53,041 bases of DNA from a virus, in the IMG/VR virus record IMGVR_UViG_3300011415_000004; one strand, given 5' to 3'. The notes under the pieces are model-generated. The model did no database searches, had not been told where the DNA came from, and was given only the letters and a program-made list of their open reading frames with translations. The position numbers and the translations under genes were made by a program. Shown in pieces: positions 16,614 to 25,822 of this stretch (the first letter of the stretch is position 1; each line of letters starts with the position of its first letter).

Positions 16614-17222
16614 ATGCCGATCATCACTCCCGTCGACCTCGGGAAGTACCTGGCCCGACCGATCGCCGCGGGGGCCCAGGCGAACGCCGCGACGGAGATC
16701 ATCGACGGCCTCGAAGGGGACCTCGCCGCCTACTTGAAGCGCCCGATCGCCCCGGCCGAGTTCGAGGACGAGGAGGTCACCGTCTCGGGCGGGGTGATCT
16801 ACCCGCGCCACACGCCGATCCTGTCGGTGGCGGGCTTCTCCTACGGGGAGACGGAGATCACCGATGACCAGTACGTCCTCCGCTCCTACGGCCTGGTCGA
16901 CATCTGGCCGGGCTTCGTGCCGGACCCGATCATCGCCGTCCCGCCCCCGCTCCTCCTCTCCTACACGGCGGGGCTCCCCGGTGATGACCCGACCACGGAC
17001 TTCGGGCGGAAGGCGCGGGGGGTCCTCCTTCGTGCCGCGGCGCGCGACTTCAACCAGGTGGTCCGCGAGGACCTGGCGGGGGTGGCCCGAGCCGTGATCG
17101 AGGGGACGGACCTCGGCTTCCACGGCGGAGTCCGGGCCGGGGCCGGTGGCCTCACCGAGACGGAACTAGAGGGCTTCAAGCGATGGAAGCGCCGGACCGT
17201 CCGGGTCGCGGTGGCCCGATGA
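16614..17222 (+). CDS. head-tail connector (gp6-like adaptor)
   Basis: In frame with ORF 16296..17222. The N-terminus MPIITPVDLGKYLARP is typical of this family, and it is the first gene of the connector block. Confidence 0.6.
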   Translation: MPIITPVDLGKYLARPIAAGAQANAATEIIDGLEGDLAAYLKRPIAPAEFEDEEVTVSGGVIYPRHTPILSVAGFSYGETEITDDQYVLRSYGLVDIWPGFVPDPIIAVPPPLLLSYTAGLPGDDPTTDFGRKARGVLLRAAARDFNQVVREDLAGVARAVIEGTDLGFHGGVRAGAGGLTETELEGFKRWKRRTVRVAVAR

Positions 17223-17548
17223 TCGGGGCGCGGGAGACCGTCATCATCCAGACCCTCGGCGCTTCGTTCACCGACTCGGAGGGACGGACCGATCGGTTCA
17301 CCGACGAGACCACGGTCCACGGGCGCGTGGACGAGGTCTCGGCCCGAGAGATCGAGGTCGCCGCCCAGCGCGGCCAGACCCACGACCTCGTCGTCCTCGT
17401 GCCCCCCACCACCGAGGTCTCTCACCGGGACTCGAAGGTCGTGGTCTCAACCCCGGTTCGCCTGGCGGGGACCTACAAGATCGACCGGATCCGGACGACC
17501 CGTCGCCACCTCCGGCTCCTCTGCTCGCGGACCTCGATCCGGGACTAG
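17219..17548 (+). CDS. head closure / head-tail joining protein
   Basis: ATGA overlap with the upstream gene. About 109 aa, with position and size matching SPP1 gp16-like proteins. Confidence 0.5.
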   Translation: MIGARETVIIQTLGASFTDSEGRTDRFTDETTVHGRVDEVSAREIEVAAQRGQTHDLVVLVPPTTEVSHRDSKVVVSTPVRLAGTYKIDRIRTTRRHLRLLCSRTSIRD

Positions 17549-17551
17549 CCC

Positions 17552-18055
17552 GTGGTCGACTCGGCCCAGCAGGCGCGCAACCAGAAGGCCCTCGCCCGCG
17601 CGTCGCGCAACCTGGGCGAGGTCCTCGGCGGGATCGGGGTCGGTGGCAAGGACGGCCTGGCCGACGTCGGGGTGGTCGTCTCGAACCGGGTCCGCCAGAA
17701 GTTGTCGACGCCCGGCACCGGCCGGATCTACGGCCGCCCTGGGCTCCGTGGTGCGGGCTCGGTGCGTCACCAGGCCTCGGCCCCAGGGAAGCCCCCGGCG
17801 GTCGACACGGGGCGACTGAGGGCCTCCTACACCTGGAGGATCGGCAGGGACGCACGAGGGCCCTACGTGGAGATCGGGACGGACGTCCTCTACGCCCCGT
17901 TCCTGGAGTTCGGCACGCGTAAGATGGCCGCCCGCCCCCACCTCCGCCCGGCCGTCAACGAACTCCGCCGGGCGATCGTGGCCCTCATCCGGCAGGGCAT
18001 CGTCCAGGAGCAGAAGTCGATCGTCCGCCGCCTCCCGAAGGAGATCGCCGCGTGA
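17552..18055 (+). CDS. HK97 gp10-like tail completion/neck protein
   Basis: YAPFLEFGTRKMAARPHLRPA is the gp10-family signature. Confidence 0.65.
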   Translation: MVDSAQQARNQKALARASRNLGEVLGGIGVGGKDGLADVGVVVSNRVRQKLSTPGTGRIYGRPGLRGAGSVRHQASAPGKPPAVDTGRLRASYTWRIGRDARGPYVEIGTDVLYAPFLEFGTRKMAARPHLRPAVNELRRAIVALIRQGIVQEQKSIVRRLPKEIAA

Positions 18056-18414
18056 GCATCGGAGCAGAGGTGAAGGCCCTCGTGGACCCAACCGCGGTGA
18101 CCGAGACGTACCGGGCGGGCTACGTGCCGGAGGACGCGGCCTTCCCCTACGCCTCGTTCCTCGACCCGGTCTCCGACGCCATCGACCTCCAGGGGGACGC
18201 CCAGACGTTGGCCCGCCGTCGGCTCCTTCAAGTCGACCTGTTCCAGGTCGAGGAGGACTTCGACCCAGCCCTGGTCGACGCGGTCGTGGCCGTCATCGAC
18301 GGGGTCAAGGGGACCTCCGGCTTCCGGTTCCGGGTGGTCGACGTCAACGCCCTCCCCGAGGACGACGACCTCATCCACCACGCGCTCACCGTCTCGGTGG
18401 CCCGCCTCTCGTGA
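18052..18414 (+). CDS. tail terminator-like protein
   Basis: GTGA overlap with the upstream gene. Position and size fit: it is the last gene before the tail tube. Confidence 0.5.
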   Translation: MSIGAEVKALVDPTAVTETYRAGYVPEDAAFPYASFLDPVSDAIDLQGDAQTLARRRLLQVDLFQVEEDFDPALVDAVVAVIDGVKGTSGFRFRVVDVNALPEDDDLIHHALTVSVARLS

Positions 18415-18443
18415 GGAACCCCCGCGAGAACCCTGACGGGCGC

Positions 18444-18449
18444 TACCAT
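18444..18449 (+). promoter_or_regulatory. TACCAT box (class-2 element) upstream of the tail tube gene
   Basis: GCGCTACCATCCCCCCGTGATCT resembles the copies at 13278 and 19139. Confidence 0.3.
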
Positions 18450-18487
18450 CCCCCCGTGATCTACACGACCTTCGGAGGTCCCCAGTA

Positions 18488-19057
18488 ATGGCCGCTGCAC
18501 ACGAGACGATCCTGTTCGACGTCCACGACTTCAAGGTGTACCCGATGATCTCCGACACCGGGGCCTCCCCGGTGTACGGGGCCGCGGTGGACGTCTACGG
18601 CATCGCGGAGGTTGGCCTCGACCCGAACCTCATCACCGCCGAACTCAAGGGCGATGGAGTGGTCATCGCGAAGAAGGGCAAACTGGACCGGCTGAACTCC
18701 TCGGCCACCTACGGCCGCCTGTCCGGTGACGTGCTGGACGTCATCATCGGCTCGGTGACGACCGAGCGGACCGCCGATCACACGAGGACGGAGATCGAAG
18801 CGGGCGTGTCGCTCCCGTCCTTCGGCGCGGCCTTCGTGATCGAGGACGCGGACAACGGCATCGAGGACCTCGTGGTCGTCATGTTCAAGTGCCAGATCAC
18901 GGGCGGCACCCTCCTCGGCCAGACGACCGACAACTTCGGCCAGCCGTCCTTCGAGTTCGAGGCGATCGGCCTCCAGGCCTCGGCCTTCCTCAACAAGATG
19001 GCCTATGTCGACTTCCACAACGTGGCGACGGGTGTCCCCGCCTCGTTGCCGATCTAG
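18488..19057 (+). CDS. major tail (tube) protein
   Basis: 189 aa between the connector genes and the chaperone pair, flanked by its own upstream box and a strong terminator. Confidence 0.7.
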   Translation: MAAAHETILFDVHDFKVYPMISDTGASPVYGAAVDVYGIAEVGLDPNLITAELKGDGVVIAKKGKLDRLNSSATYGRLSGDVLDVIIGSVTTERTADHTRTEIEAGVSLPSFGAAFVIEDADNGIEDLVVVMFKCQITGGTLLGQTTDNFGQPSFEFEAIGLQASAFLNKMAYVDFHNVATGVPASLPI

Positions 19058-19092
19058 GGAGCGACGGGACCCGGGTGACCGGGAGCACCACG

Positions 19093-19126
19093 GCGGGGGA
19101 GGCCTACGTGAGCGGGCCTCCCCCGC
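19093..19126 (+). terminator. 12-bp perfect stem hairpin (GCGGGGGAGGCC / GGCCTCCCCCGC)
   Basis: Read directly. 10-nt loop, followed by TTCG. Confidence 0.6.
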
Positions 19127-19141
19127 TTCGCGTCCGGGTGC

Positions 19142-19147
19142 TAACAT
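19142..19147 (+). promoter_or_regulatory. TAACAT box (class-2 element)
   Basis: GTGCTAACATCCCCGGTTGAGAT. Exact 16-nt match to 13285-13300. Confidence 0.35.
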
Positions 19148-19180
19148 CCCCGGTTGAGATCCCCACCCCCAAGGAGCGCG

Positions 19181-19894
19181 ATGACCGACGTCGACCCGGC
19201 CCCGGCCGAGACCCCCGAGCCCCCGGCGACCCCGCCGCCAGAAGGCTGGGTCCCCCCGTACATCCTCCGCAACAAGGGATGCCCGATCGTCCTTTACCGG
19301 CTGGAGAACGAGGCCCTCCCGGAGATCGACGCCGACGACGAGGACGCCACCCAGCCGACCCGCAAGGCGTGGCTCCGCTTCACCGCCAACCACGTCGCGG
19401 ACATCGAGGACGCGTTCGACGGGATCGTGGCTCGGGTCCCGATCGTGGAGGAGCGGAAGGTCATGGACGCCCAGGGCCAGCCGATCAAGGGCCCGGCGGG
19501 GTACGAGACCGAGGACATCATCGTTGGCTACGAGGAGCGCGTCTTCTACGGGGTCGACGCCTTCCAGACGGCCCTCTCTCAGAAGACGGGCCGCACCATC
19601 CGGAAGGTCTTCTCGATCGCCCTCGATATGGATGAGCAGGCCGTCGGGCTCGCCATGGACACGAGCCGATCCCAGGAGTACCAGACCGCCGTAGGGGTGG
19701 CGTGGGCAATCGCCCAAGGTGTGGACCCTACCGAGGCGGCCAAGATCCTCCGGCAAGGTCTGGCCGCCGTCGAAGAAGGGCGCGCCGCCATGGTGTCCCA
19801 GTTGCAGAAGATGATGGCTCCGGCCGCGGCATCGACGGCCATTCCCCCTGGGGAAACTGGCTCGCCGCCTGGTGCTCCCTCGGACGGCCAGTAG
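19181..19894 (+). CDS. tail assembly chaperone (G-like)
   Basis: In frame with ORF 19154..19894. CACCCCCAAGGAG box upstream. Position is between the tube and tape measure genes. Confidence 0.7.
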   Translation: MTDVDPAPAETPEPPATPPPEGWVPPYILRNKGCPIVLYRLENEALPEIDADDEDATQPTRKAWLRFTANHVADIEDAFDGIVARVPIVEERKVMDAQGQPIKGPAGYETEDIIVGYEERVFYGVDAFQTALSQKTGRTIRKVFSIALDMDEQAVGLAMDTSRSQEYQTAVGVAWAIAQGVDPTEAAKILRQGLAAVEEGRAAMVSQLQKMMAPAAASTAIPPGETGSPPGAPSDGQ

Positions 19895-20040
19895 CCGAGT
19901 TCTGGGAGTGCTCCCCGGCCCAGATCCAGCACGTCCTCAAGGCCGCCGGACTCATCAAGAAGAAGGGCACGATCAGTGACGCGCTTCGCATCTTCGGCGC
20001 GCACCGGGGGGTGAGGCTCCCCTCCAAGCCCGGGGCGTAG
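19181..20040 (+). CDS. tail assembly chaperone, -1 frameshift product (G-T-like)
   Basis: The -1 frame is open from 19702 to 20040 and overlaps the 3' end of G. CCCCC (19844-19848) and GGGGAAA (19850-19856) are candidate slip sites. Confidence 0.55.
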
Positions 20041-20073
20041 GATCGGCGGAATGACCAGGGACAGGGGCCTCTA

Positions 20074-22650
20074 GTGGCGACCGGCCTCGACCTCCCGACC
20101 CTCGTCCAGAAGGTCCGGGTAGACGGAGACACGGCCCAGGCGGAGCGCCAGGTCGAGTCCTCGATGACCCGCATCGGCGGGAAGATCAAGAAGGCCGGGG
20201 TCGCCGCCTCGGTGGGGCTCACCGTCCCGATCATCGCCGGGGCGTTCAAGGCCACCCAGGCCGCGTCCGATCTGGCCGAGTCGGCCTCGAAGGTGGGCGT
20301 GGTCTTCGAGGGCCAGCAGGGGATCATCCGAGACTGGGCGAAGACCGCCGCGACCTCGATGGGCCTGTCCGAGGAGGCGGCCCTCGGCGCGGCCGGGACC
20401 TTCGGGAACCTGTTCCGCGCGCTTGACGTCGGGCTCAAGCCCGCCGCGGAGATGTCAACCTCCCTTGTCGAACTGGCGTCAGACCTCGCCTCGTTCAACA
20501 ACGCGAACCCCGAGGACGTCCTCCTCGCGCTTCGCTCTGGCCTCCTCGGTGAGGCGGAGCCCCTCCGACAGTTCGGCGTGTCCTTGTCGGCCGCCCGCAT
20601 CGAAGCGGAGGCCCTGGCGTCCGGTCTGGTCAAGCCGATCGCGAACGCTACGAAGGTCGCGGAGGCCGCCCTCAAGGTGAAGGTCGCCAACGAGAAGGCG
20701 GCCGCCGCGCTCCGCGAGCACGGCGAGGGGAGCACCGAGTACCAGACCGCGGCCATCGCGGCGACGAAGGCGGAGGAGGCCTACGCCGCCTCCACGAAGG
20801 GCACGGTCCCCGAACTCACCGCCGCGCAGAAGGCCCAGGCCGCCTACGCCATCATCCAGAAGGACACCGCTCTCGCTCAGGGTGACTTCGCCCGCACGAG
20901 CGACGGGCTCGCCAACCAGCAGAGGATCCTTGCGGCCCAGTTCAAGGACACCCAGGCGTCCCTCGGGCAGATCCTCCTTCCGACGGTGACGAAGGGTGTC
21001 AAGTTCCTCAACCGCCTCCTGGACGGCTTCAAGGGCCTGTCCCCCGAAATGCGGAAGGTGGTGGTCGTGGTCGGCGGGATCCTCGCCGCGGTGGGTCCCC
21101 TGCTCCTCATCGTCGGCAAACTCGCGACCTCGGTCTCCGCCATCACCGGCCTGTTCGGTCTGTTCGGTGGCGCGGCGGGTGGCGCTGCTGTGGCCGCCGA
21201 GGGGGCCGCCGTCGCGGGTGGTGGGGTCGCGGCCGCCTTCCTGCCGGTCGTCGCGATTGTCGCGGCCGTCGCCGCGGCGGGCTTCCTCATCGTCAAGAAC
21301 TGGGACAAGATCGCGCCGGTCCTCAAGACCGTCGCGGCCGGGGCGAAGCAACTGTTCGGCGTCCTGTTCCAGGGCGACTTCAAGGGGGGCGGTCCGTTCG
21401 CGGAGGACTCGCCGGTCATCGCCCGGGTCTTCGAGATCCGTGACGCGCTGATCGAGTTCGTCGGCTTCCTCCGGACGAAGGTCCTCCCCGTGATGGTCGA
21501 CGTGGGGAAGAACGTGATCGAGGGCCTGACGAAGGTCATCTCGTTCCTGTCAACCCACGTTGTCCCCCACCTGGTGGAGTTCGGGTCGAAGGTGATCGAC
21601 GCCGTCGGCGGGGCCTTCGACTTCCTCGCCGCCGAGGTGATCCCGCTCATCTCCGACTTCGCCTCCTTCGTGGTCGCGAAGGTGACGGAACTCAAGACCT
21701 TCTGGGACCAGACCTGGCCCCAGTTCTCGGAGGCCGTCGGTCACGTCTTCCGCGTGGTGCGGACCGTCATCGAGACCGTGCTCGGAATCTTGAAGCCCCT
21801 GATCGAGGGGGTGCTCGGGGTCATCGCGGCGCTATGGCGCGCGTGGGGCGATGACATCATGGGCTTCGTCACGACCGCCTTCGAGACCGTGAAGTCGGTC
21901 ATCTCCGGGGTCCTCCAAATCGTCCAAGGGATCATCCAGACGGTGCTCGCCGTCATCAATGGCGACTGGTCGAAGGCCTGGGATGGCGTGGTGAAGATAT
22001 TCACCGGAGCCTGGGACGTCATCTTCGCCCTATTCCGCGGCGTCATCACGAACCTCCAGGGGGTGATGGGTGGGATCGTGTCGACCATCGCGGAGTTCCT
22101 CCGCCCCGTCGGCAACTTCCTTCATACCCTCGTGGTCGAGCCCTTCGAGGGGCTTCTCGACTTCGTCGGGGGGCTCCCCGGCAAGATCACGCGGAAGGCC
22201 CGCGGCATGTGGGACGGGATCTTCGGGGCCTTCAAGGCGGCCATAAACAAGATCATCGACCTATGGAACGGGCTGGAGTTCAAGATCGGCGGGAAGAAGG
22301 TCTTCGGTCAGACCCTCCCGGGGGTGACGATCGGGACCCCGGATATCCCGCGTCTGGCCCTCGGTGGGCGGCCACCTCCCGGCCAGGCCTTCCTCGCGGG
22401 CGAGCGCGGCACCGAACTCGTGACCGGCGACCGGAGTTCCGCCCAGGTCCTCAACGCCGACCGGACCCAGCGCCTCCTCCGCCAGATCGCCGCGGGCGGG
22501 GGTCCCACCTCGTCGGAGCCCGGGATCTACGCTCCTATCAGCGTCGAGACCGTCGATCGGCGCTCCGGTGAGCAACTGGGCCGGGACATCGCCTGGGGCC
22601 TCTCCAGCGGTACGGGGCGGCCTCTGGTGGGCTCCGGGAAGGAGCGGTAG
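20074..22650 (+). CDS. tape measure protein
   Basis: 858 aa, the longest ORF, directly after the chaperones. Ala-rich helices with a central Gly/Ala hydrophobic segment. Confidence 0.85.
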   Translation: MATGLDLPTLVQKVRVDGDTAQAERQVESSMTRIGGKIKKAGVAASVGLTVPIIAGAFKATQAASDLAESASKVGVVFEGQQGIIRDWAKTAATSMGLSEEAALGAAGTFGNLFRALDVGLKPAAEMSTSLVELASDLASFNNANPEDVLLALRSGLLGEAEPLRQFGVSLSAARIEAEALASGLVKPIANATKVAEAALKVKVANEKAAAALREHGEGSTEYQTAAIAATKAEEAYAASTKGTVPELTAAQKAQAAYAIIQKDTALAQGDFARTSDGLANQQRILAAQFKDTQASLGQILLPTVTKGVKFLNRLLDGFKGLSPEMRKVVVVVGGILAAVGPLLLIVGKLATSVSAITGLFGLFGGAAGGAAVAAEGAAVAGGGVAAAFLPVVAIVAAVAAAGFLIVKNWDKIAPVLKTVAAGAKQLFGVLFQGDFKGGGPFAEDSPVIARVFEIRDALIEFVGFLRTKVLPVMVDVGKNVIEGLTKVISFLSTHVVPHLVEFGSKVIDAVGGAFDFLAAEVIPLISDFASFVVAKVTELKTFWDQTWPQFSEAVGHVFRVVRTVIETVLGILKPLIEGVLGVIAALWRAWGDDIMGFVTTAFETVKSVISGVLQIVQGIIQTVLAVINGDWSKAWDGVVKIFTGAWDVIFALFRGVITNLQGVMGGIVSTIAEFLRPVGNFLHTLVVEPFEGLLDFVGGLPGKITRKARGMWDGIFGAFKAAINKIIDLWNGLEFKIGGKKVFGQTLPGVTIGTPDIPRLALGGRPPPGQAFLAGERGTELVTGDRSSAQVLNADRTQRLLRQIAAGGGPTSSEPGIYAPISVETVDRRSGEQLGRDIAWGLSSGTGRPLVGSGKER

Positions 22651-23403
22651 GTGGCACTCGACCGAGATGGTCAGTACGAGGTCGGGGGCCTGCTCATGGG
22701 GCCGACGACCGGCTACGTCGTGGACACCGTCCTCGGGCTCGGGGGGATCCCTGAGATCCGCACGGTTGACCGCCCCAAGTCACACGATCACGGGGGGTGG
22801 GCAGGCACCGACCTTCTGGAGCCCCGGGAGATCGTGATGGCCGTCGGCCTCGACGGGGAACTCGACGCCTCCGCCTACGAGACGCTCATCACGAACCTCG
22901 GCGCGGTGATGCGGCCGCGGTCCGACGAGATGGCGTTCCGCTACAAGCGGTTCGGTCGGATCCGTCGCCTCGGCGCAAGGCCTCGCGGGTTCATCCTCCC
23001 GTGGGACGACGACTTCTATCTGGGAGCGGGCCGCGCCGCCCTCCGCTTCCAGTGTCCGGACCCGGTGATCTACTCCGACGAGACCGACGAGACGGGGCCC
23101 TCCTCGGGCACGTTCCCGGTGACGAACGACGGGAACTTCCCGATCTGGCCGGTGGTCGAGACGGCGGCCGGTGGGGACATCACCCTCACGAACGCGACGA
23201 CCGACGAGACCGTGGAACTCCTCGATCTGTCGGGCGCGGCGGTCATCGACTTCGCCGCCCGGACCGTCTTCGTGGGGACCTCCGACGAGTACGCCGCGGT
23301 CCAGCCGAGTCCCGACTGGTGGAAGGTCCAACCGGGGTTGAACTCCCTGACATTCTCGGCCTCCGCTACGATCACGTTCCGACACGGCTGGGCGACGGGC
23401 TAG
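22651..23403 (+). CDS. distal tail protein (Dit-like)
   Basis: First gene after the tape measure, 250 aa. Siphovirus tail-family pattern. Confidence 0.6.
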   Translation: MALDRDGQYEVGGLLMGPTTGYVVDTVLGLGGIPEIRTVDRPKSHDHGGWAGTDLLEPREIVMAVGLDGELDASAYETLITNLGAVMRPRSDEMAFRYKRFGRIRRLGARPRGFILPWDDDFYLGAGRAALRFQCPDPVIYSDETDETGPSSGTFPVTNDGNFPIWPVVETAAGGDITLTNATTDETVELLDLSGAAVIDFAARTVFVGTSDEYAAVQPSPDWWKVQPGLNSLTFSASATITFRHGWATG

Positions 23404-23412
23404 AGGGGATCC

Positions 23413-23799
23413 ATGGCAGGGAACGCTAGCGACTACCTGGAGGAGGCGATCGGGGACCACGTCTTCATGAACGTCCCCTACACCTCGCCCTCCACCCTGT
23501 ACCTCGCGGTCTACTCGGTGGCCCCGACCGATGCCGGAGGTGGGACCGAGGCCACGGGCGGGTCCTACGCCCGGGAGGTCGTCACGTTCGAGCAGGGGGC
23601 CTCCCCGGGTCAGTACCTCAACGATGTCGCGATCGACTTCGTCAACATGCCCGCCGGGACCTGGGTCGCCTACGGGATCCACGATCACCCCACCGCGGGG
23701 AACCTCCTCACCCATGCCGCGCCGGTCTCCCCGAAGACCACGTCCGCCGGTCAGACCCTCAACGTCGCCGCGGGTGACGTTGCCGCGACGGTGACGTAG
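23413..23799 (+). CDS. minor tail protein (conserved small beta-rich family)
   Basis: YLEEAIGDHVF...LYLAVYSVAPTDAGGGTEATGGSYAR... matches a widespread phage structural family as far as I recall it. Confidence 0.5.
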   Translation: MAGNASDYLEEAIGDHVFMNVPYTSPSTLYLAVYSVAPTDAGGGTEATGGSYAREVVTFEQGASPGQYLNDVAIDFVNMPAGTWVAYGIHDHPTAGNLLTHAAPVSPKTTSAGQTLNVAAGDVAATVT

Positions 23800-23801
23800 C
23801 C

Positions 23802-24251
23802 ATGGCGAACGAGGCGCGCCAGTGGCAGAACTTCGTCGGCGGGAAGGTGGGTGACGACCCGCTCGCGTCCGGCGGGACCACGCTCAACTCGGCGGACCTG
23901 GCGGTCCTCGACGCCGTCGACGCGGACCACCATATGGTCATCGTCCTCGATCCCGATGGGCTCTACGGAGACCCGGACCCGTGCTGGGTGACGGCTCACA
24001 CCGCGTCCGCCACGTCCGCCACGATCCTCCGGAGCGTCGAAGGCGGCACGGCGCGAGCCCACCGTCTGGACACGCCCTGGGTGCATACGACCGTCGAGTC
24101 CGACCTCATCGGCCAGTCCGGCGCGGGCTCCCCGGAAGGCGCGGTCGTCGCGCCCATCGGCCGCCTCTACGTTCGGACCGACGGCGGGGCGAACACGACC
24201 CTTTACGTCAAGGAGTCGGGGACCGGCGACACTGGATGGGTGGCGAAGTAG
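23802..24251 (+). CDS. minor tail protein
   Basis: The C-terminus GRLYVRTDGGANTTLYVKESGTGDTGWVAK is typical of actinophage fibre tips. Confidence 0.5.
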   Translation: MANEARQWQNFVGGKVGDDPLASGGTTLNSADLAVLDAVDADHHMVIVLDPDGLYGDPDPCWVTAHTASATSATILRSVEGGTARAHRLDTPWVHTTVESDLIGQSGAGSPEGAVVAPIGRLYVRTDGGANTTLYVKESGTGDTGWVAK

Positions 24252-24746
24252 ATGGCTCATCCCCGGTTCATGCTCGCCCGCTCCTTCAAGAAGATCCGCC
24301 ACACGGCCGGGGACATCACCCTCAACGTCGCATCGGTCACGGCCCTCGATGCTTCCGCCCTTGACATCACCCTCGACGCGAAGGTGGGGGACGTCATCGA
24401 GTACGGCATCTCGGCTCGGGTGACCGCGGTCGCCCAGGCAGTCGCCTTCGACGTCTACACGGTCGTCTCCGCCGCCCGGGTGAACCCCTTCGGCGTGGGC
24501 ATCTCCGCCGCGCTCGCCACGACCATCGGCGTCCCCGGTTGGTTCGTGTCGACCACGAACGCCATCCTCCCGGTCACGGGCCTCGTGCTCTACACGATCC
24601 AGTCAGGGGACCTCGACGCCAACGGGCGAGTGCTCATGCGGCCGCACTACGGGAAGATCAATACGACGGCTCGGGTCCTGTCCGCGAACACGTCAAGCCC
24701 TCTCGACGTCTGGGCGAAGAACCTCGGCCCACCCGAGCCGAACTAG
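24252..24746 (+). CDS. minor tail protein (hypothetical)
   Basis: ORF track, within the tail block. Confidence 0.5.
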   Translation: MAHPRFMLARSFKKIRHTAGDITLNVASVTALDASALDITLDAKVGDVIEYGISARVTAVAQAVAFDVYTVVSAARVNPFGVGISAALATTIGVPGWFVSTTNAILPVTGLVLYTIQSGDLDANGRVLMRPHYGKINTTARVLSANTSSPLDVWAKNLGPPEPN

Positions 24747-24751
24747 CCCTC

Positions 24752-25822
24752 GTGGCCGTCACCGGGATCACGTTCGTCACTTGCGGCAACACCTCGGGCC
24801 TGTCCGGTCCGATCATCTCGTTCTTCCGAACGGCCGAGGGGTCGATGGGGGTCGGCCGGGAGCCCGCCCCCGCGCCCCAGAACTACCAGGCGATCGCCCA
24901 TTGTGGCGAGACGCGCTTCACCACCACTGAGTTCCCGCTCACCGACAACGCCAACGGCAACGGCCCGGTCACCGGGCGAGGAGCGCACAGTGAGGCCGGG
25001 TCGATCGTCCCGGACGGCCCCTTCCTCTACGTCCTTCGTTCACCCGGCGCGAACCAACTCCGAGTGTGGCGGTTCGACCCGGTCACCGGAACCGTCCAGT
25101 CCGTGACGTCGACCATCTCCAACGTGAGCGCCTCCGGTCTGGGCATCGCGGCCCGCGGGTTCTCCGGCTACCGCGGATTCCTGGTGCATGACCTGGCCGT
25201 CTCCCGGAAGCGGATCTTGAAGTGGCACTACGAGGTCGAGGACGGCCCCGTATTCAGTCACGATACTCAATGGACCTTCGAGGTCGATGAGGAACCGGAG
25301 AACCTCGACGTCGAGGACATAAGCCCCGACGAGTTCCCGCCGTTGGCAGATGACCCGATCTTCTGGGCGGCCGGAAGCGCCGGGCTGATCACGCCCTTCG
25401 TGAAACGGTGTGCCTCGGATGGTCCGCCAGCCGAACAGACCTGGACGATCCCCGACTCGCCATCCGGCTACGCCTACGCCTACGTCGACAGCATCAACGT
25501 CGTCGGCCCCGGCGAAGCCATCGGGCACGCGGCGAACCAACTGAGCGTGGACGACGGTGACGCCATCTCGTTCTTCCGGTTCCTGGTTGGGGAGACGGAT
25601 CCCTTTGAGATCACCGACGGGGTCACGGTCGACGGTGATCCGTACCGAGCATGGGCGGTCGCCAACAATGAGCACGTCGTCACCCAGAGCGGAGGCATCC
25701 GTCTTCACGTCGGCGGGGATATGGAGACGGTCGTAGCGAACACGAACGATGGCAGGATCCTCCTCGGGACCCTCATCCGTGACGACGCCCCCCAGGGCTG
25801 GGTCATCGGGAGGCCACTGTGA
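24752..25822 (+). CDS. minor tail protein (hypothetical)
   Basis: In frame with ORF 24539..25822. GTG is the first start after the upstream stop. Confidence 0.5.
   Translation: MAVTGITFVTCGNTSGLSGPIISFFRTAEGSMGVGREPAPAPQNYQAIAHCGETRFTTTEFPLTDNANGNGPVTGRGAHSEAGSIVPDGPFLYVLRSPGANQLRVWRFDPVTGTVQSVTSTISNVSASGLGIAARGFSGYRGFLVHDLAVSRKRILKWHYEVEDGPVFSHDTQWTFEVDEEPENLDVEDISPDEFPPLADDPIFWAAGSAGLITPFVKRCASDGPPAEQTWTIPDSPSGYAYAYVDSINVVGPGEAIGHAANQLSVDDGDAISFFRFLVGETDPFEITDGVTVDGDPYRAWAVANNEHVVTQSGGIRLHVGGDMETVVANTNDGRILLGTLIRDDAPQGWVIGRPL

Noticed and set aside
24252-24275. GGCTCATCCCCGGTTCATG at the start of gene 24252, considered as a sixth class-2 (CATCCCCGGTTGAGAT-like) element.
   Set aside because: It lies inside the coding sequence immediately after the ATG and has no upstream hairpin. 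The similarity is partial and may be coincidental.
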